From: Paraspadella gotoi
Taxonomy: Eukaryota > Animalia > Chaetognatha
Length of the DNA stretch: 64,000 nucleotides
Direction: 5' to 3'
Assembly: GCA_051294375.1 (NCBI GenBank)
Contig: CM119267.1
Span: 18,943,439-19,007,438 of the forward strand
Notes under the pieces: generated by a model
Told to the model about the DNA's origin: nothing
The model's input: the letters and a program-made list of their open reading frames with translations, nothing else
Database searches by the model: none
Part shown: positions 27,980 to 42,159 of the stretch, in pieces
Position numbering within the stretch: the first letter of the stretch is position 1
How the letters are laid out: each line of letters opens with the position of its first letter
Made by a program: the position numbers and the translations under genes

Positions 27980-28720
27980 CAAAACACATAACTATTTCTA
28001 ATGCTGAAAGAAATAATTTTTTTTTCTATTGAAAAACAATAATCTTCGAGTTCACTGACTCCACATTGGTAAACTGATAATTATTGCTCAAACGTCTCCT
28101 CTCTCTCTCTTCTATCCTTTTTCATCTCTATCCTCTTTATATCTTTGGTGCTATATCGTTGCTCATACTCCATCCTTTCAGCTCCTCGGGTTTAATACAT
28201 TACTACCGATTCTCTTCCCGCTCTCTCTCTCTTAACGTCGAGAAATAAAAGTCATCCCACCTCGTCTCTCCTCGTCCTCGTCGTCTCTCCCCTCCTTTAA
28301 CCGAAGGCCGTTTCGGCCCCATTTCGTGCGTTCATCAATTCTCTCTGTCATTATCACCTGATGCACTCTTACTAACTCTCTGCGATCCAACCGTACATCC
28401 CACATTTCTCTATTCCTACAAACATACAATACATTGGCGACCGAATCAATGTCTTTCTGTATATCGCACCATGCACAATACCTCTCGCCCCTGCGGCCAG
28501 TGTGAATTGCGCGTCCTTCTTGATATATCCATCGAACATTCATCGAGAACTCTTCCAATGAATCTCCGAATATTCTCCTCTGCCTCTTTCTCTTCTGTCT
28601 TCACTTCAGTATCAACCTCAAAATACCTTTCATTTCCAAACCCTCTCTTCTCCGTATCATCCTGTGCTCTTCACTGCTCATTCCTCCCCTTCTCTCCCCA
28701 CTTTCCCCCTCCTATATACT
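27980..28720 (+). repeat. Third, noisy copy of 24020-24560 / 9560-10270
   Basis: actatttctaatgctgaa(a)gaaataatttttttttctattgaaaaacaataatc, tttcggccccatttcgtg and ttcatttccaaaccctctc are shared in order. Confidence 0.85.
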
Positions 28721-31700
28721 TCTACCAGGGTCAGCCTGCGGACGATCTCCACGGCAGCAGTCCGGCTCGCTCTGAGGACGCTCGCCATGGCACCCCGCCA
28801 GTCCGCGGGAAGGGAAGGTCGAAAGCGGCGCCGAGGGGACTGATGGAGTCGGGCAGGGAGGGAGTCGTGGTAGGCGGGTCAGAGTTGAAGAACAACGGTC
28901 GCCCGCGGGGATCCGACTCGGTGGCCGGGGACGATCGAGGGCTCGAATTTTCCACGAATCTCGATCGTGTTCTCATTGAGTCAGGCGAACCGATATAAAA
29001 AACGAACAGACATAAGATATGTTGACTTCAGATACGCGTATACATATCGTCTCGACTGTAACGATACTGAAGGGATCATACCTCCATCTATTCTCATAGT
29101 GATTCTCAGAGTGGCATTATTATCAAGCGGAGCGACTCAAACAACCGCAGGATATCTCACAATGCTCGAAACGCGTAGGGCCACAACATGCGTTTCAAAA
29201 TCTGCGAGACCGACCTCGTCGAGTCCGGCCTGCGAGCGAACGAATGACGCCAACTGAGTATACACGTCGCTCGAGCGCGTTGAGATAACGTCGGTCCGAT
29301 GGTCAGTTATATGAACAATGGGAGGCCGGACACACGTCTGATCTGGCGATCTGGTGAACTTGAGGACGGTGGGAGCAGGTTGCCTTTTGCGTGCGCCCGG
29401 CACGCTTGTGAGAGATTGTTGGATTTACTTTTCCGTGAACAACGGAGCGCGCCAGGAACTATGTAGATCAAATAAATAACAGATACAGTATAACGTAATA
29501 CGCTAAGAGAAGAGAGAGAGACGCGAGAGCTCGGCGTGTAGTGGCTTTGGTAGCGGCTCGGCGCCACATTATATTCGATACTGAACTCACCTGTCAGAAA
29601 GAGACGGATCTGACTAGAGATCCAGGCCGAAAACGCGGAGCTGTTTGTCGAATTGTCGGAGAAATGACAGTATGAGATAGACTTCTAGAAATGTGTGTTT
29701 GGGTCTACAGGAATTTGGGTGCCAGAGGAGAACGGAGCAAGTCCAAACCACGACGTCGATGCATGGAGCTCGCCATCCAACGAGGAGTCAGTGACTGTGA
29801 TCTGGAGCCGGAGAATTCTGGGAAGAATATAGAAACCAAAGAAACTCTCTTCACAACGAACTTTCTAGCACTTTTTTCTTAGCATAAACCGGGGAGAGAG
29901 TATCTCTGCAGGAGTCGCGTACGCGATAGTACCATATAGAGTGCTACGTGGCCAAGAGGTCGGCAACACATGAACATACTATACAGCCGATTTTACCACT
30001 GGACCTCGTCCTGCGAATCGTTTTGCTTGGAATCTACATTACTCTCTCTAAGGATCGGTCGATCGGTAGTCGAGGATTTGCTGCGGACCAGGCGTACGCG
30101 TGTCGGAATCTCTGACGCTACTCCCACCGCGCCGCCACACGCCCAAGCCCCCCGCTCGCTCTCTTCTGACATCACTGCCAATGCCTCTCTCACCATCGTC
30201 TCACGCTCTCACTGTCCTTCAGTAGTCTTTTGATTCTGATGCTTCTTTCGTATCAAATTTATAATAGCAAATTACTCTAAAATGCAATCTCCACATACAT
30301 ATCTCCTCAAGGAGAAGCGAAGTGAGTATGTTCTTCAGAAATGTTGCGACACTCATGCATCTCATTAAATAAGCAACGATGAATACGGATTGATTAAGCG
30401 CGAGGCGCAAAGCGCTCTCTACCTTGAGAAGAATTGAAACAATCATTTCATCAGAGCATATATTAATTCTTATTCTGCACTGTATGTAATACCGCATCAA
30501 TAGCTGTCTCTATCGGCCTTTTCCTTGTGATCTGATATTGAATCTCGCTCGTTAACTTCCTGCCCACTCTTAGTTGAGAGTTATAATTTCGCAAGAACTC
30601 TCATCAGCACAGCGAGTGAGCAGCTGCAAGACTTGCGCAGATGAGAGGTTATGAGGTAATCATAGACATACAGAGTCTCGATAAGAAGATATTATAAAAG
30701 ATTATATAAACAGTAACTAACCACACTCGGCGAACCACGCACCTAGCAAGAGTGAGCAGTGACTACATTTAGTTGCGCGGACGTACACACACCCAGAGTG
30801 GTGCGGTCACAAGACGCAATTAGTGCATAAAGGGCGAGTGTCGTATCTTCAAGAACTAGCTAAACACTATGGAGTACACCATTAAGAGGTGCGAGACACA
30901 CGAACAACATAGAGAAAACATACGAACACATGAATAATAGCGAGATGTATGACGACAGGGGGAAACGAGAGCGCGCCAGACTGGGAGCGGCCCACCCTGG
31001 GCCAAAAGAAGTCACTGCCTGGGGGTAGAAGAGAGAGAGAAGCCACGAGAGTATGAGGAGCTTATAGACAAACGCTATGGCTGACACACGCCTGGCGAGT
31101 TAAGAAGAAGAGAGGCAATCTATGGCAATATATATATGTTATAACAAACTCTTTCTTCAGTGTGTACTATGTTATATTGCTTATATCTCACCACTCTCTC
31201 GCACCAATTTCCTCTGTTAATGATCTCGTATTTGACCTGCATGTATATTAGCGATAACTGCTAGCACAAGACGCAGAAGAATGACGATCGACGACAGACC
31301 GACGCGCCAAAACCAGATGGCCGGCGTATTGTATGTAGAATCTGATTGAACTCGCACCGCTCTTCTTCTCATATCAATCTTCCCGTCCGACGAGAAAAAC
31401 TTTTCCCCGCTCATTTATTAGATTTTTTTATCGCTCTTCTTTTCTTCTTTCTTTCTATCACGTCCTCTCTTCTCTCTTTTCTTTCTTTCACTCTTCTTCT
31501 CCTTCTTCCTCTTTCTTGTTGATGTCTCTATTTCTTTCTTTTCTTTCTCTCTTTCTTTCTCTCTCTCTATCTTTCTCTCTCTCTATCTTTCAAGATTGTT
31601 TATGTAACTAAAAAAATATATCATTTTTTTAAAATTATTGGTTAACTGTTTATTCCATAATTTTAATCTAAAAAATTATAATATTTGTGATTTTTGAAAG

Positions 31701-32607
31701 CTAATTATTGTTATTTCAATTAAAAGATATAAAAACAAGTTTGAGCAAACAATGTTAATGACGTGGCCACAATATTTAGTGGTAAGAAGCTAATCCAGTT
31801 ATCCTGTTCTTTTTTTTTTTTCCTATTTTTTTTTTTATTTTTTTTTGGATGGAAATACATGATGGAACTGATAGAGAGAAATAGTAATTTTTTAAAAAAA
31901 TATCATAATTTTGATGTTCAAAAAAGATTAAAATAAAGCATAAATAAACAATAATAGGCAAGTAATCGACAGATCTACTTAGTGAATTAGGAGTTCCCCC
32001 GCCAAAAAAATATTCAATTCAAGAATTTTTAATCATGATCAACATTAAATGAGTTCCACATCGTGAAATAATTTTTTTCATTTAAGAATTTGTAATTAAA
32101 AATTGGGTTTTTCCCCCCCCCAGTTTTTTTATAGATACTCTGATGAACTCACGTGTTTGAGGAAAAAAGTCCTGAAATGGGGGTTTTTGAGAGAGAGAGT
32201 GAGAAAAACTTTATATCTAGCTCAATCACACACTTATCTACCACACACAAGATTTCATTCCAATCCATATATCTAATCACGAAATTTGAGTTTAATGGCT
32301 AATAGTGGGACAGACTTAAAGACTGATATTAATAATTAATTAATTAATTAATTTAATTAAATTATTTCTATAAGTGAATTAAAAAACCATCCTACTCACA
32401 CTTTATTCTACTATTATAAAATTTCATAGATGAATTAAATAAATTTTGGATGTTGGTAAAAAAGGTGTGCAGTGAAAGTGAGTTTTAAATGGAAAAAAAA
32501 AAGTCACATAACTTGAATTTTATAAAAAAATTTTCTCACTCTTCTTTCTTTCTAATTTCTCACAAGAAATGAAATTAAATAATTTAGCTAATTTGTTAGT
32601 TTGATTG

Positions 32608-32781
32608 TTGACCAAATTATGCAAGTGACCCAATTATCCAAGTTGTCTAACTTAATGCAAGTTACGCAATATGCAAGTTTACCAAATATGCAAGTTTCAT
32701 CAAATTCTATAAGTTGACCAAATATATGCTTGACCAAATTATGTCATTTGACTAAATTATGCAAGTTTACCAAATTATGCA
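32608..32781 (+). repeat. 18-bp minisatellite, consensus TTGACCAAATTATGCAAG, ~10 units
   Basis: Tandem degenerate units are directly visible. Confidence 0.88.
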
Positions 32782-34489
32782 TATTGGTGTTGGCGCAGCT
32801 ATTGTTAATTGATTGATTAATTGGGAAGTGAAAAATATTATTTTTTATTTTTATATTTTTATTTTAATAAAGATGAAAAGAAAGAGAATAGAGAAAGAGA
32901 GAGAGAGGGAGAGAGAGAAAGAGAGGAGAGGGAGAGAGAAAATAGGAAGGGAGAGAGAGCCGTTCCCAGGGGGCAAATTCATGCCCCAGGGGGTAGGCGC
33001 CCAGGGGAAAGTTTTTTCTAGCCCTGGGGGATTCCGCCCTGGAGTGCCCCTTGGGGCCAAAAAAAGAGCTACAGGGGGCCGCCCCCTAGGCAGTAAGGAT
33101 TTGTTTTGCCCCCCGGGGCCGCCCGCGGGCCACCCCGCGGAGCCGCCCCTAGCAGCGCCCCCGGGGGAGGCGATTCTGAAGGATGACATACTTGTCTCTC
33201 TCTCTCTCCTCTCTCTCTCTGCCTCTCTCTCTCTCTCTCATCTCTCCTCTCTCTCGATCTCTTCTCTCGTCTCTCTCTCCCTCTCCTCCTCACTCCCACT
33301 CGTTGCCTGTCTTCAAGATCAAGAATGATCTTTTCACACAGAAAAGGAGGGTATAAAACAAAAAAAGAAAGAGAAGGAAAAAGGACAATAAAAAGAAAAG
33401 GAGATAAAAAAAAAAGGAAAAACAGAGCAGAGAGAAGCAATATCGAACCAAAGCCATCTATTCTACGGTCAATCTCTTTGCTTTCCTTCCTCCTTCATTC
33501 TCCAATCAAGTCTTATCATGCGACTCCCAGAGTTCAAGGACTATTCTTTTGTTTTTTTTCTTCTCCGGACTGGATTCTCCAGACCACCGAAAGAGGGACG
33601 CCACTCTCGGATGGTTATATTGCCTTTTTGTTTGGCATCGATCCGAGGGATTTGTAGTCGGGTTTTGTCAACGAGGGGGAGAGAGGGAGGGAGAGTGGGT
33701 GAGAGAAAGACAGAGAGGGAGAGAGAATTGGAGGAAAAGAAGTGAATGAATGAGGCGATAAAAATCCTCTCTGTTGTTTGCCATATTTTCTCGTTTTGTT
33801 TACTCACCATGGGTAGTGTTGCGGGTAGAGTCTTTGCGTCTCTCAAGTTTTTTTCTTCTTTTCTTCCTTTTTTTATTTACTCGCAAATGAATCTACAATG
33901 AAGTTAAAGTTAATAAATTTTTTTAAATAACGTAATGAGAGTTAACGCAATAATTACATGACAAAAAAAAGTCCTGAGAGAAAAAAGAAATCCGGATCTT
34001 CTCCATCTGTTCCATCAGCCAAGAGATTCAGTCGTCGCCTGAGCCATTGATGCAGGCAGGCGATTCTTTCTTTTTAAGCTTCGCGTGGGACTTCCCCTTT
34101 TTTGTTCTGAGTGTGCCTTCTTTCTCTCTCTTCTTTTTCATTTTTCTTTTCGTTTTTCCTTCTGTTTTCTTTTTCTCCTTTCTTCTCCTCGGGGAGACTA
34201 ACTTCTCGATTCATCGCGTTTTTGGCCGACGTTTCGATGGCATGCAACGTTGGCATTTGCGATGGCATGCGACGGTGGCATTTTTAGTGGCGTTGTACGC
34301 CATTCCGCATTGGCCGAGGTTTTGGACAACTAACATTCTTTTAAAAATTCAATTTTTAAGATAATTTCTTAATGTCCCAATTTTTTCGTCTCGTTCATTA
34401 TTAAATTATCGTCGCCGAAGCAAGGAGGTAAGTTAGTAGATAGATTTCATAGTAAGGTTATAATGCAATGGATGCGTACGATCGTTGAG

Positions 34490-36570
34490 GTTAAGCGTTT
34501 CCCTAAGAATTTCAATAGATTAGGTCTTTTGTTCTACAGTCGAAAAAAATCACCTCACCCGTGCACTTGGTAAAGCATACAATTCTAGAATGAATAATTC
34601 ATTTAAATAATTTGAATCTAAACGCAAACAACAATTTTCACCTTTATTTGAATTATTCTTTTAAAAAATATTATTTTTTTTATTTGCAACTCTTGACACA
34701 ACAGTTCTCTCCATTTTCCAGATGTTTTACTGCGTTCGCGATGCATAAGTTTGTCTTCTTTTCTGTTTTCGTATTGTTTTTACTTCATGAATGCAGTCTC
34801 GCAGTTTCTGTTTTCTTCGGCGTCCAGCTTTTTCAGCTTTTTTTTTTTTTTTTTTTTTCTATATATTTTTTTGGTTCAAAATTGTTTTTAGTTTGTTTGT
34901 TTATCATGTTTGTACGTGTTAATAGAGCAATTTGTATCTTTCTTATCTTTCTATTCTTTCGTTTCTTTCTTTCTTTATGTCTTTCTTATCTTTAGTCTTC
35001 TTTTCTTTCTTGTCTCTTTCTTCTTTCCTATCTGTCGTTTCGATTTCTTATTTTTTTTCTCACCGAGTAAAGAGCCCCATTCTTTCATCGCGTTCGGCTT
35101 CCGCCTTGTTTGGAGACAAAAGAGGGAAAAGATCGTTTTTGAGAACGACAAATACTACCGGTTCCGGAAGATTACTCACTATTGAAATGGAGGGAGCACG
35201 AAAGAGAGAGCGGCCACCACACCCCGTACATTACTAGGACAGAGACCGGGGGCTCGTACCCACCATCCGGGGGGAGGTCGGACAAGGAGGTAAAATATGG
35301 GGGGGATAATGGAGATGTGGGGGAATGGAGAAAAGGGAACAACAGATAAAAAAAAAAAAAAAGAGTTTTAAAATGAAAGGAGGGTGGGAAGGATCGGAAC
35401 TGAACCCCTATTTTTTACGTGGGAAAGTGACGTGGACACGCTGATTTGATCCGAATCGACGTGGAATATCGTTTGCTTATTTTTTGTAGCCATGTGAGAT
35501 CGTCTAGTTAACGATAGGAGATTAAGATTAAAATTAAAGATTTAAAATTTTCCTATATCGCGAGAAATGAAACTTCTCGGTATATCCTGGCTGCCCAGCT
35601 ATTGATGTTATTCAAAATATTTGAGCTAAACATGAAGTAAATATAGCGCAAAAAATATTTGCTTAAAAAAAATACTTATAATCATCATATTAAAAAAAAA
35701 AATATCCGAATTTCATTCCAAAATGATATACAGTGTAAAGTTACACCAAGAGAGGCGCATTGTAGAACACGTTTTTTTTAATTTTTTTTCTCATTTCTGT
35801 TCGCCAGTCAGTAAACGTTAGAGCGGACATGAAGAAACGATTTTCCATATCTTACTCAGAAGCTTATTCACACACTACTCGTTTTTTTCCTTATTCACCG
35901 TAGTTTATTTCCCTTTCATTCATTTTTTTTTTTTCCCCGCTTTATAAATTCAATTATTCATCACCCGACTTTTTTTTTCTATAGAAAGTGACCGTCATAT
36001 AATCTCCTTATTTTTTCTTATCCCTAAACCACTCTTCAAATGTATACAATTCAGGCCATCCTTAAAAACATCCCGTCATGATTTATCAATGTCTCTTGCA
36101 TCTATACTAAAATTGTATAAATATTATATTTTTTGTTGAAATGTAAACTCAGTATCAATTTTATGCGTTTATGCTATGTAATGCTTAATTGTCCATATTT
36201 TGAAATGTACTAGTTTCAGACTAATTGTTTGAAAACGCAGAATAAAACACATAAATAAACTCTCAAACGTAATACAAGTAATACGACCAATTATCCCATT
36301 AGCTATCGGATGCAGCGCAGAAGCGAATCGTTTGCTAGCAGACACACGACGAGTGCCTGAGCGGTCGCGACCAAATAGCAGAAAACTCGTTCTCATCTGT
36401 CCTGCATCTCAGAGTTAAACATTATTTCATATCTTTAATTGTCTTTTTTTTTTTTTGTTTTTATCTCTCTTTTTTTATTTCTGAACACATTGCCCAGTCG
36501 TTAATTATTGCGTTCTAAGAAGCTTTCCAATCTATGTTCCAATACAAGTCTATCATTCTCCAACGTTGTC
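34490..36570 (+). repeat. Second duplication: 34490-34860 matches 36786-37125; 35050-36570 matches 45122-46110
   Basis: Shared anchors include gatgtt(t)tactgcgttcg, cgccttgtttggagacaaaagagg, ggccatccttaaaa..catcccgtcatgatttatcaat and aagctt(t)ccaa. Both partner segments begin immediately after 25-N gaps. Confidence 0.88.
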
Positions 36571-37129
36571 ATCTATTTCTCTCTCGTCTCTCATCCTCAT
36601 CATCTCTCGTCATGCCCGATCTGTCTCTCCTCATCCATGCATTCCTTCCATCCTCACACTCGCCTCACTCTCAAATCTTCTCTCGTCTACCTCTCTCTGT
36701 TCGCATCCCATCATTCATCTCTTCTCATCTCTCTCTCAATCCTACTCTCCCTCTATCTCTNNNNNNNNNNNNNNNNNNNNNNNNNTCATCGTTGGTTAAT
36801 TCTTAAGAATTTCAATGTTTTTTTTTCTAAGCGGGAAATCACCGGCATTTGGTAAATATACAATGCTAGAATAATTAATAATAATTATTATTAATAATTA
36901 TTAATAATTAATAATTTAGAATAATTGAATCTAAAGAAAACAATTTTAACTTTTTAATTTTCTTTTAAAAATAGTAATTTTTTAAAAATCAATTTGACAC
37001 AAGAGTTCTTCATTTTCCGATGTTTACTGCGTTCGTTGCAAGTTTGTTTGTTTGTTCGTTTGTTTATATTATGATGAGTTTTCGAGTTTTGTTTTTTCGG
37101 GTCCCAGCTTTTAGTTTTTTTTTTAGTTT

Positions 37130-37305
37130 TACCCTAACCCTAACTTACGCCCTACCCTAAACTTACCCCTAAACCTAAATTACCCCTCAACTCTAACTTA
37201 CCTCTAAACTTATTTTTAACCTTAACTTATTTTTCCTAGTTTACTTCACACTTAATGTCTTAATTTATTTTACCATATAGTTATTGTAACCTTAATTTTA
37301 CCCTA
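37130..37305 (+). repeat. Degenerate (CCCTAA/CCTAAACTTAC)n telomere-like tract
   Basis: accctaaccctaacttacgccctaccctaaacttacccctaaacctaaattacccc..., decaying to the right. Confidence 0.65.
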
Positions 37306-38299
37306 AATATATACTTGGTTGTGTCACACTATCCTATAAGCAGAGAGAAAAGAATCCTTTAATTTTGTTTCTCCAAAACGTTATACTCTTCCGTTTCCAT
37401 TTGCTTCCTCACTTAGATCTTTTTACCCGTTAATTTCTTTGAAAACTTTGCACTTCGTTATTACCACCGATAGGCCTCCAAGAGCTTATTTGATCTCCAG
37501 GGAAAGGCCAGGACTAGGAATTTGGATAAAATTCCCCTTTTTATCGTCGCAATTCGCTCTCTTCTCTCTCTATCTTTTCCTGATTCATACGGGTGAAAAA
37601 AACGAGTCTGCAGCTGGCGTCTGCTTCTGTTCTTTTTCTCTCTTTCTCCTGCTTGCTTTCTGCCTGCGCCTTTGATCTTATTTTTTTCTGGCTCCATCTG
37701 CTGCTGCCGCTGCTGATTCGTACGATTTGGCTTCTTTCTTCTCTCTCTCTCTCTCTCTCTGTTTTTTTTTCTCAGGGGCTGCGTCTGCTGAATCAGTTAA
37801 TCTTTGACAAAGAAATACGGTTTTCTCCTGGCAGCTTCTGCTCGAATTCGTCCGAAACGAATTGTGCTTTCTCTATCTCTGATCCCTCTCTCGTCTCTCT
37901 TCTCTGAGTTGATTTAAAAAAATTGATAGATTGGAAAACTCGTAAAATTAGCCATCGCATTCCGTGCAGGTTGTGGAGAGCAGGATGCGGCGAAGCAGTT
38001 ACCGTCCGTTGCACACAAGGTCCAGAACTTCGGGAATCGGGCTGTAATCCGACACTACAGGTCTGGGTAGACGCCCCGTCTGCTTTTACTGTGTGAATCT
38101 ACAGGGCGCGACGCCGAGTCCTTTGGGTTGGAGAGGAGGCTCGCGAATGCGCTAACCTCCGCAGGATCAAGGGTGCATGCTGATTCTACGGAGACGAGAA
38201 TTTGAATAATACCTTAGCTTACAATGTTATATGTGCTTTGTGCAATATCGGGTTTTTTACGTTTTGTCTCTTTTTTTCGTCAGCTCTCAGTCATTATTT

Positions 38300-38740
38300 T
38301 TCTTTTTCTTTTTTTCCTTTCTATTACCTTTCTTTCTTTTGACTATTCTTTCATTTCCTTTCTATTACATCTTTCCCTTTTCTTTTTCTTTTCTATGCTT
38401 GTTTCCTATCTATTCTTTCTTCCTTCTATTCTTTCCTTTCTTTTCTATTCTTCTTTCCTTTCAATTCTTTTTCCTTTCTATTCTTTCTTTGCTTTCTATT
38501 ATTTTCGCCTGTCTAATTCTTTCTTTCCTTTCTATTCGTTCTTTCTTTTCTATTCTTTCCTTTCTTTTCTATTCTTTAGTTTCTTTTCTATTCTTTGTTT
38601 CCTTTCTATTTTTTGGTTCGCTTTCATTTCTTTCTTGTCCTCTTCTTTGGAATCCCTGTCGCTTAAGTCTCTATTTCCTTTCTAATTCTTATCTTTCCTT
38701 TACATAATTGCTCACTTCCTTTCCTGTTTCTATTCTTTCT
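38300..38740 (+). repeat. Pyrimidine-rich degenerate minisatellite built on TTTCTATTCTTTC(C)
   Basis: The core ttctattctt recurs many times. It generates spurious F/S/L-rich ORFs. Confidence 0.75.
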
Positions 38741-38879
38741 TGTTAATAAATTTAGTCTTTTCTTCTTTTCTTTCTTATCTCGCTTTATAAATTAATTTTC
38801 TTTTCTCAAAAATTTTAGTCATCTAGATTTTTCTTTATGCGATTTCGACGATCCTTATGTCTTTTAAGATTTTTTATAA

Positions 38880-39850
38880 GATGAGTTCCGCAAGGTAAAA
38901 ACACCTCCTCGTAAACAAGGCGCAAGACTTATGACATGAGACGAGAGGCAGCATTCATCAGACCTCTGACAGGCAATCCTTACAGAAAATGTTACCAATC
39001 CCACGCATAGTTTCTCAAGCTGCGCTCCAAATAGTTCCTAAATCCCAACAATCCAGAAAGAACTGAATGGTCCCTGGAAATTCCTCTATGAAAAATGGTT
39101 TAATCAAAGATGAGCCCTTCACGTATCCGAAAATAGCCATGAGAGACTCACAGTCCTAAAAAAGTCTTGAAAGTGGAGGAATGAAGAACGTTCCTTAGTC
39201 ATTATGAAGGATTATTTGTCGGAAAACTTCTGTGACGAACTGACAACTTCAAATCTACTTTACTGATCCCCGTATACTGTTCGAAGAGTTGTTTCAGAGG
39301 AAGTGCTATTCGAGAAAATGGCACCTTTCGATAGCAGCCCATGGGCTTTCGAGACTGGTTCATACTTCGTCATTGAAGAAGAACATTTTTCTAGCATTTG
39401 CTGTATTGAAACCTTTCAAAACCAATTTTAACTTCTCGCAGTGAATGCCTTCTGCTCTAAACTGGAGATAATATCGAACACCTCACACCGACCTCCTTGC
39501 GACTCAAGCATGTCCCGCAATGAAATAAAAACCAGAATTAAATCCTTTGAAAGATTTTCGTGGCGAACGTGAAAACATTGAGAAATCTCAAGTTGATACA
39601 TGCAAAAGTGAGTATGGATCACCATTTTCGGAAGATTAACCCGGAAATAGAAATTATTCAAGTGAGGCTTGACAGTGGAGTTACAATGAGAAAGAAACCT
39701 GCATTTGAATGAAGTCGTCTGGACCTAAGGCCTGAGGTAAACGAAGCACACTGAACTTTATGCAAAGCGAAAAGAGAGCTCTCTCCAAATGCATACAATT
39801 GTTCAACGGGAATTTGATGGACACGGTAAGGCGCAGAGAGGATGTGAAAG
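38880..39850. other. Coding-like high-complexity island, possibly continuing at 40960-41400; identity unknown
   Basis: More balanced composition and no microsatellites, but no open frame and no recognised motif. Confidence 0.2.
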
Positions 39851-39944
39851 GAAAAAAAGTTCTATCTCTGAAACACTATAACAACTTAAAATGTATATTT
39901 TCTCATCGAGACACTTAATGTGGTAGGGTCAGTAAAATTTGATA

Positions 39945-40950
39945 AAGGCAGGAATTTTTTTTAATTGCTGAATTAAAAGTTTTGAAATTTTTTTATAAAA
40001 CTTTGTTAAGTAGTTCTATAAAGTGAATAGCTTAGATTAAAACGCTATCATGTCTAGTCAAATCTAAACAAGCAATAACCTTAAATTTGAACTCTCCCAA
40101 GATTTTTATTACTTTTCATTATTGAAATATAAGTAAATAAATAAAAAAGTTTTTTTCAAAAAGATTAATCAATTAAGTACCTTTGAACAGATTATTTCTT
40201 AAAAATAAAGATACGAAATAGTGTTTCTCACATGCAGTTCTACTTATTAGGCTTTCAAAATAAGGTTTTTTTTTGATTAATAATAATTATTAATATAAAA
40301 TTTTAAAAAAATTTTGTTTCGTTTAAAAAAATTAAAATTAAAAAAATTATTTTAAAAATTATTAAATATAGTACTCTAATAAGTATTAAAAGTTAATTAT
40401 ATTTGTTAAATTTTTACACATTTGTCTATTAATAATATAGTAATAAATATTGAGTAGAGTTTTATTATAAATAATTTTATAAAATAAGATTTTTTTCTTG
40501 AAAGTAATGAAAACATATAATTTTGAGATTAAGGTTTGAATTAAATATCATATTTTTAAAAAAAAAATAATTAATCTGTATTATTTAGTTTTTAATAATA
40601 ATTTTATAATCATTGTTTTTAGAGAATTTGTTTTAAAGCCTAATAAGATAGAACTGCTTTTGAGACATATTTGTACTTCTATTTTTAAGAAAATAATCCT
40701 GTTTGAAAAAACTTGATCTGATTAATAATTTTTTTTTAAATTATGATTTTTACTTATAATTCAGTACAAAAGAATCCTCGTAGAAAGTTGGGAGAGGTCT
40801 ACAAAATTACAGAGTTTCTGCTCATAGATAATGATAGATGTATAGACATTAAAAAAATCTGTAAAGGCATGATTCAAGCTAAACTACTTAAAACTTTTAT
40901 TATAAATAAAAATTTTTAAAAACTCTAATTAGCAATATTAAAAAAATCAT
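39945..40950. mobile_element. ~1 kb palindromic element related to the 3482-7034 foldback
   Basis: Reverse-complement arms: ctctcccaa 40093 / ttgggagag 40788; gcagttctacttattaggcttt 40234 / aaagcctaataagatagaactgc 40635; ttaagtagt 40006 / actacttaa 40883. The arm also resembles 4300-4350 and, in reverse, 5020-5195. Confidence 0.72.
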
Positions 40951-42159
40951 TAAGTGTCTCATGGGTATATCTTTAAGATTCATTAGGTCTTCAGAGATGG
41001 CACTTTTTTTTTTTCTTTCACAATCCTCCTGCCTACGTGATGAGATTTCGAGCGAAGATTCTACAAAAGAAAAATCTAAAAAGGTGGCACCAACAGGGTA
41101 AAAGCCAGAAAGCAAATTATACGTTATTCATCAGTCATGGAGTGCTGAGTGACAAAATTTTTATGCAAACAAAAAGATCTTTTATTTCCATATTCGAGTC
41201 GCTCCATTTTGAAAAAGAAAAAAATATCCTTTATTGCAATATCTCAGAATGGCACAAGACTAAGTTGACCTTCGCGGCACCATCTGCCCGGCATACCAAT
41301 TCCCATTCCAAAAACTAAACTTTGCCAATAAAAAACAGAGAAAAAGCTTGGGAATTAGAAGCTTCCCAATGACCTCATGTTCTTCGTATCTTAATGTTTT
41401 AAGATAAAAAGTTCCTCTTTTTTTACTCTTTTTTTTCTCGTTTTTTGTTTTTTTGTGATAACTAGCATAGGATTGTACGTTATCCAAAAACGTAGTTATA
41501 TTTTTCTCTATAAGTTTTAATATTTGACCTGGGAATTATAATTCATGAGATAAATACATTTGTTATATTATTAACATTTTAGATTTTTTGTAATAAAATT
41601 TTTTATAACTAAGTAATATGCACCTTTGTTGGTATGCATTTTTAATAGTATATTTAATTTTGAGTTACTTTTGTAGGTGATAATTGCAACCATGCGCCTA
41701 AATAGCTCAGAGTGTTGCTGGGGTTTTAACACTAGATATTATATTAACATGATTATAATTACTAATATTAAACTAGTTATTATATATTATTACGTATGAT
41801 ATTAATTACTAATACTATTGACTTCTATTAATACTGAATGTAGTATAGGTATTTAGGATACTATACTATAATATAAACGCATACCTATACAATGATGACT
41901 CGATTGAACTATAGACACTATTATATTCTATAAATAGATTGATTCAATATATGAAGATTATAATAGATAGGTATTGATAATATTTTAAACATACTATTAT
42001 CCGGATTTAGCCCTTATCCTGCTTTTGGACACGGTTTATTATCATCATACTGTTTCAGATACAAAGAGGAAGACAATTAATAGCATATTAACACATAATT
42101 GAATAAATTATAAAGGATAGATAGATTGTTATGAGTAATACTTTGTTTACATTAAGATA

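Noticed and set aside
25196-31400. Several 60-175 aa ORFs and a GC-rich patch at 28730-28990 suggesting foreign DNA
   Set aside because: The region looks like very low-quality raw read sequence and includes a degraded third copy of a known segment. No recognisable protein or RNA motif was found.
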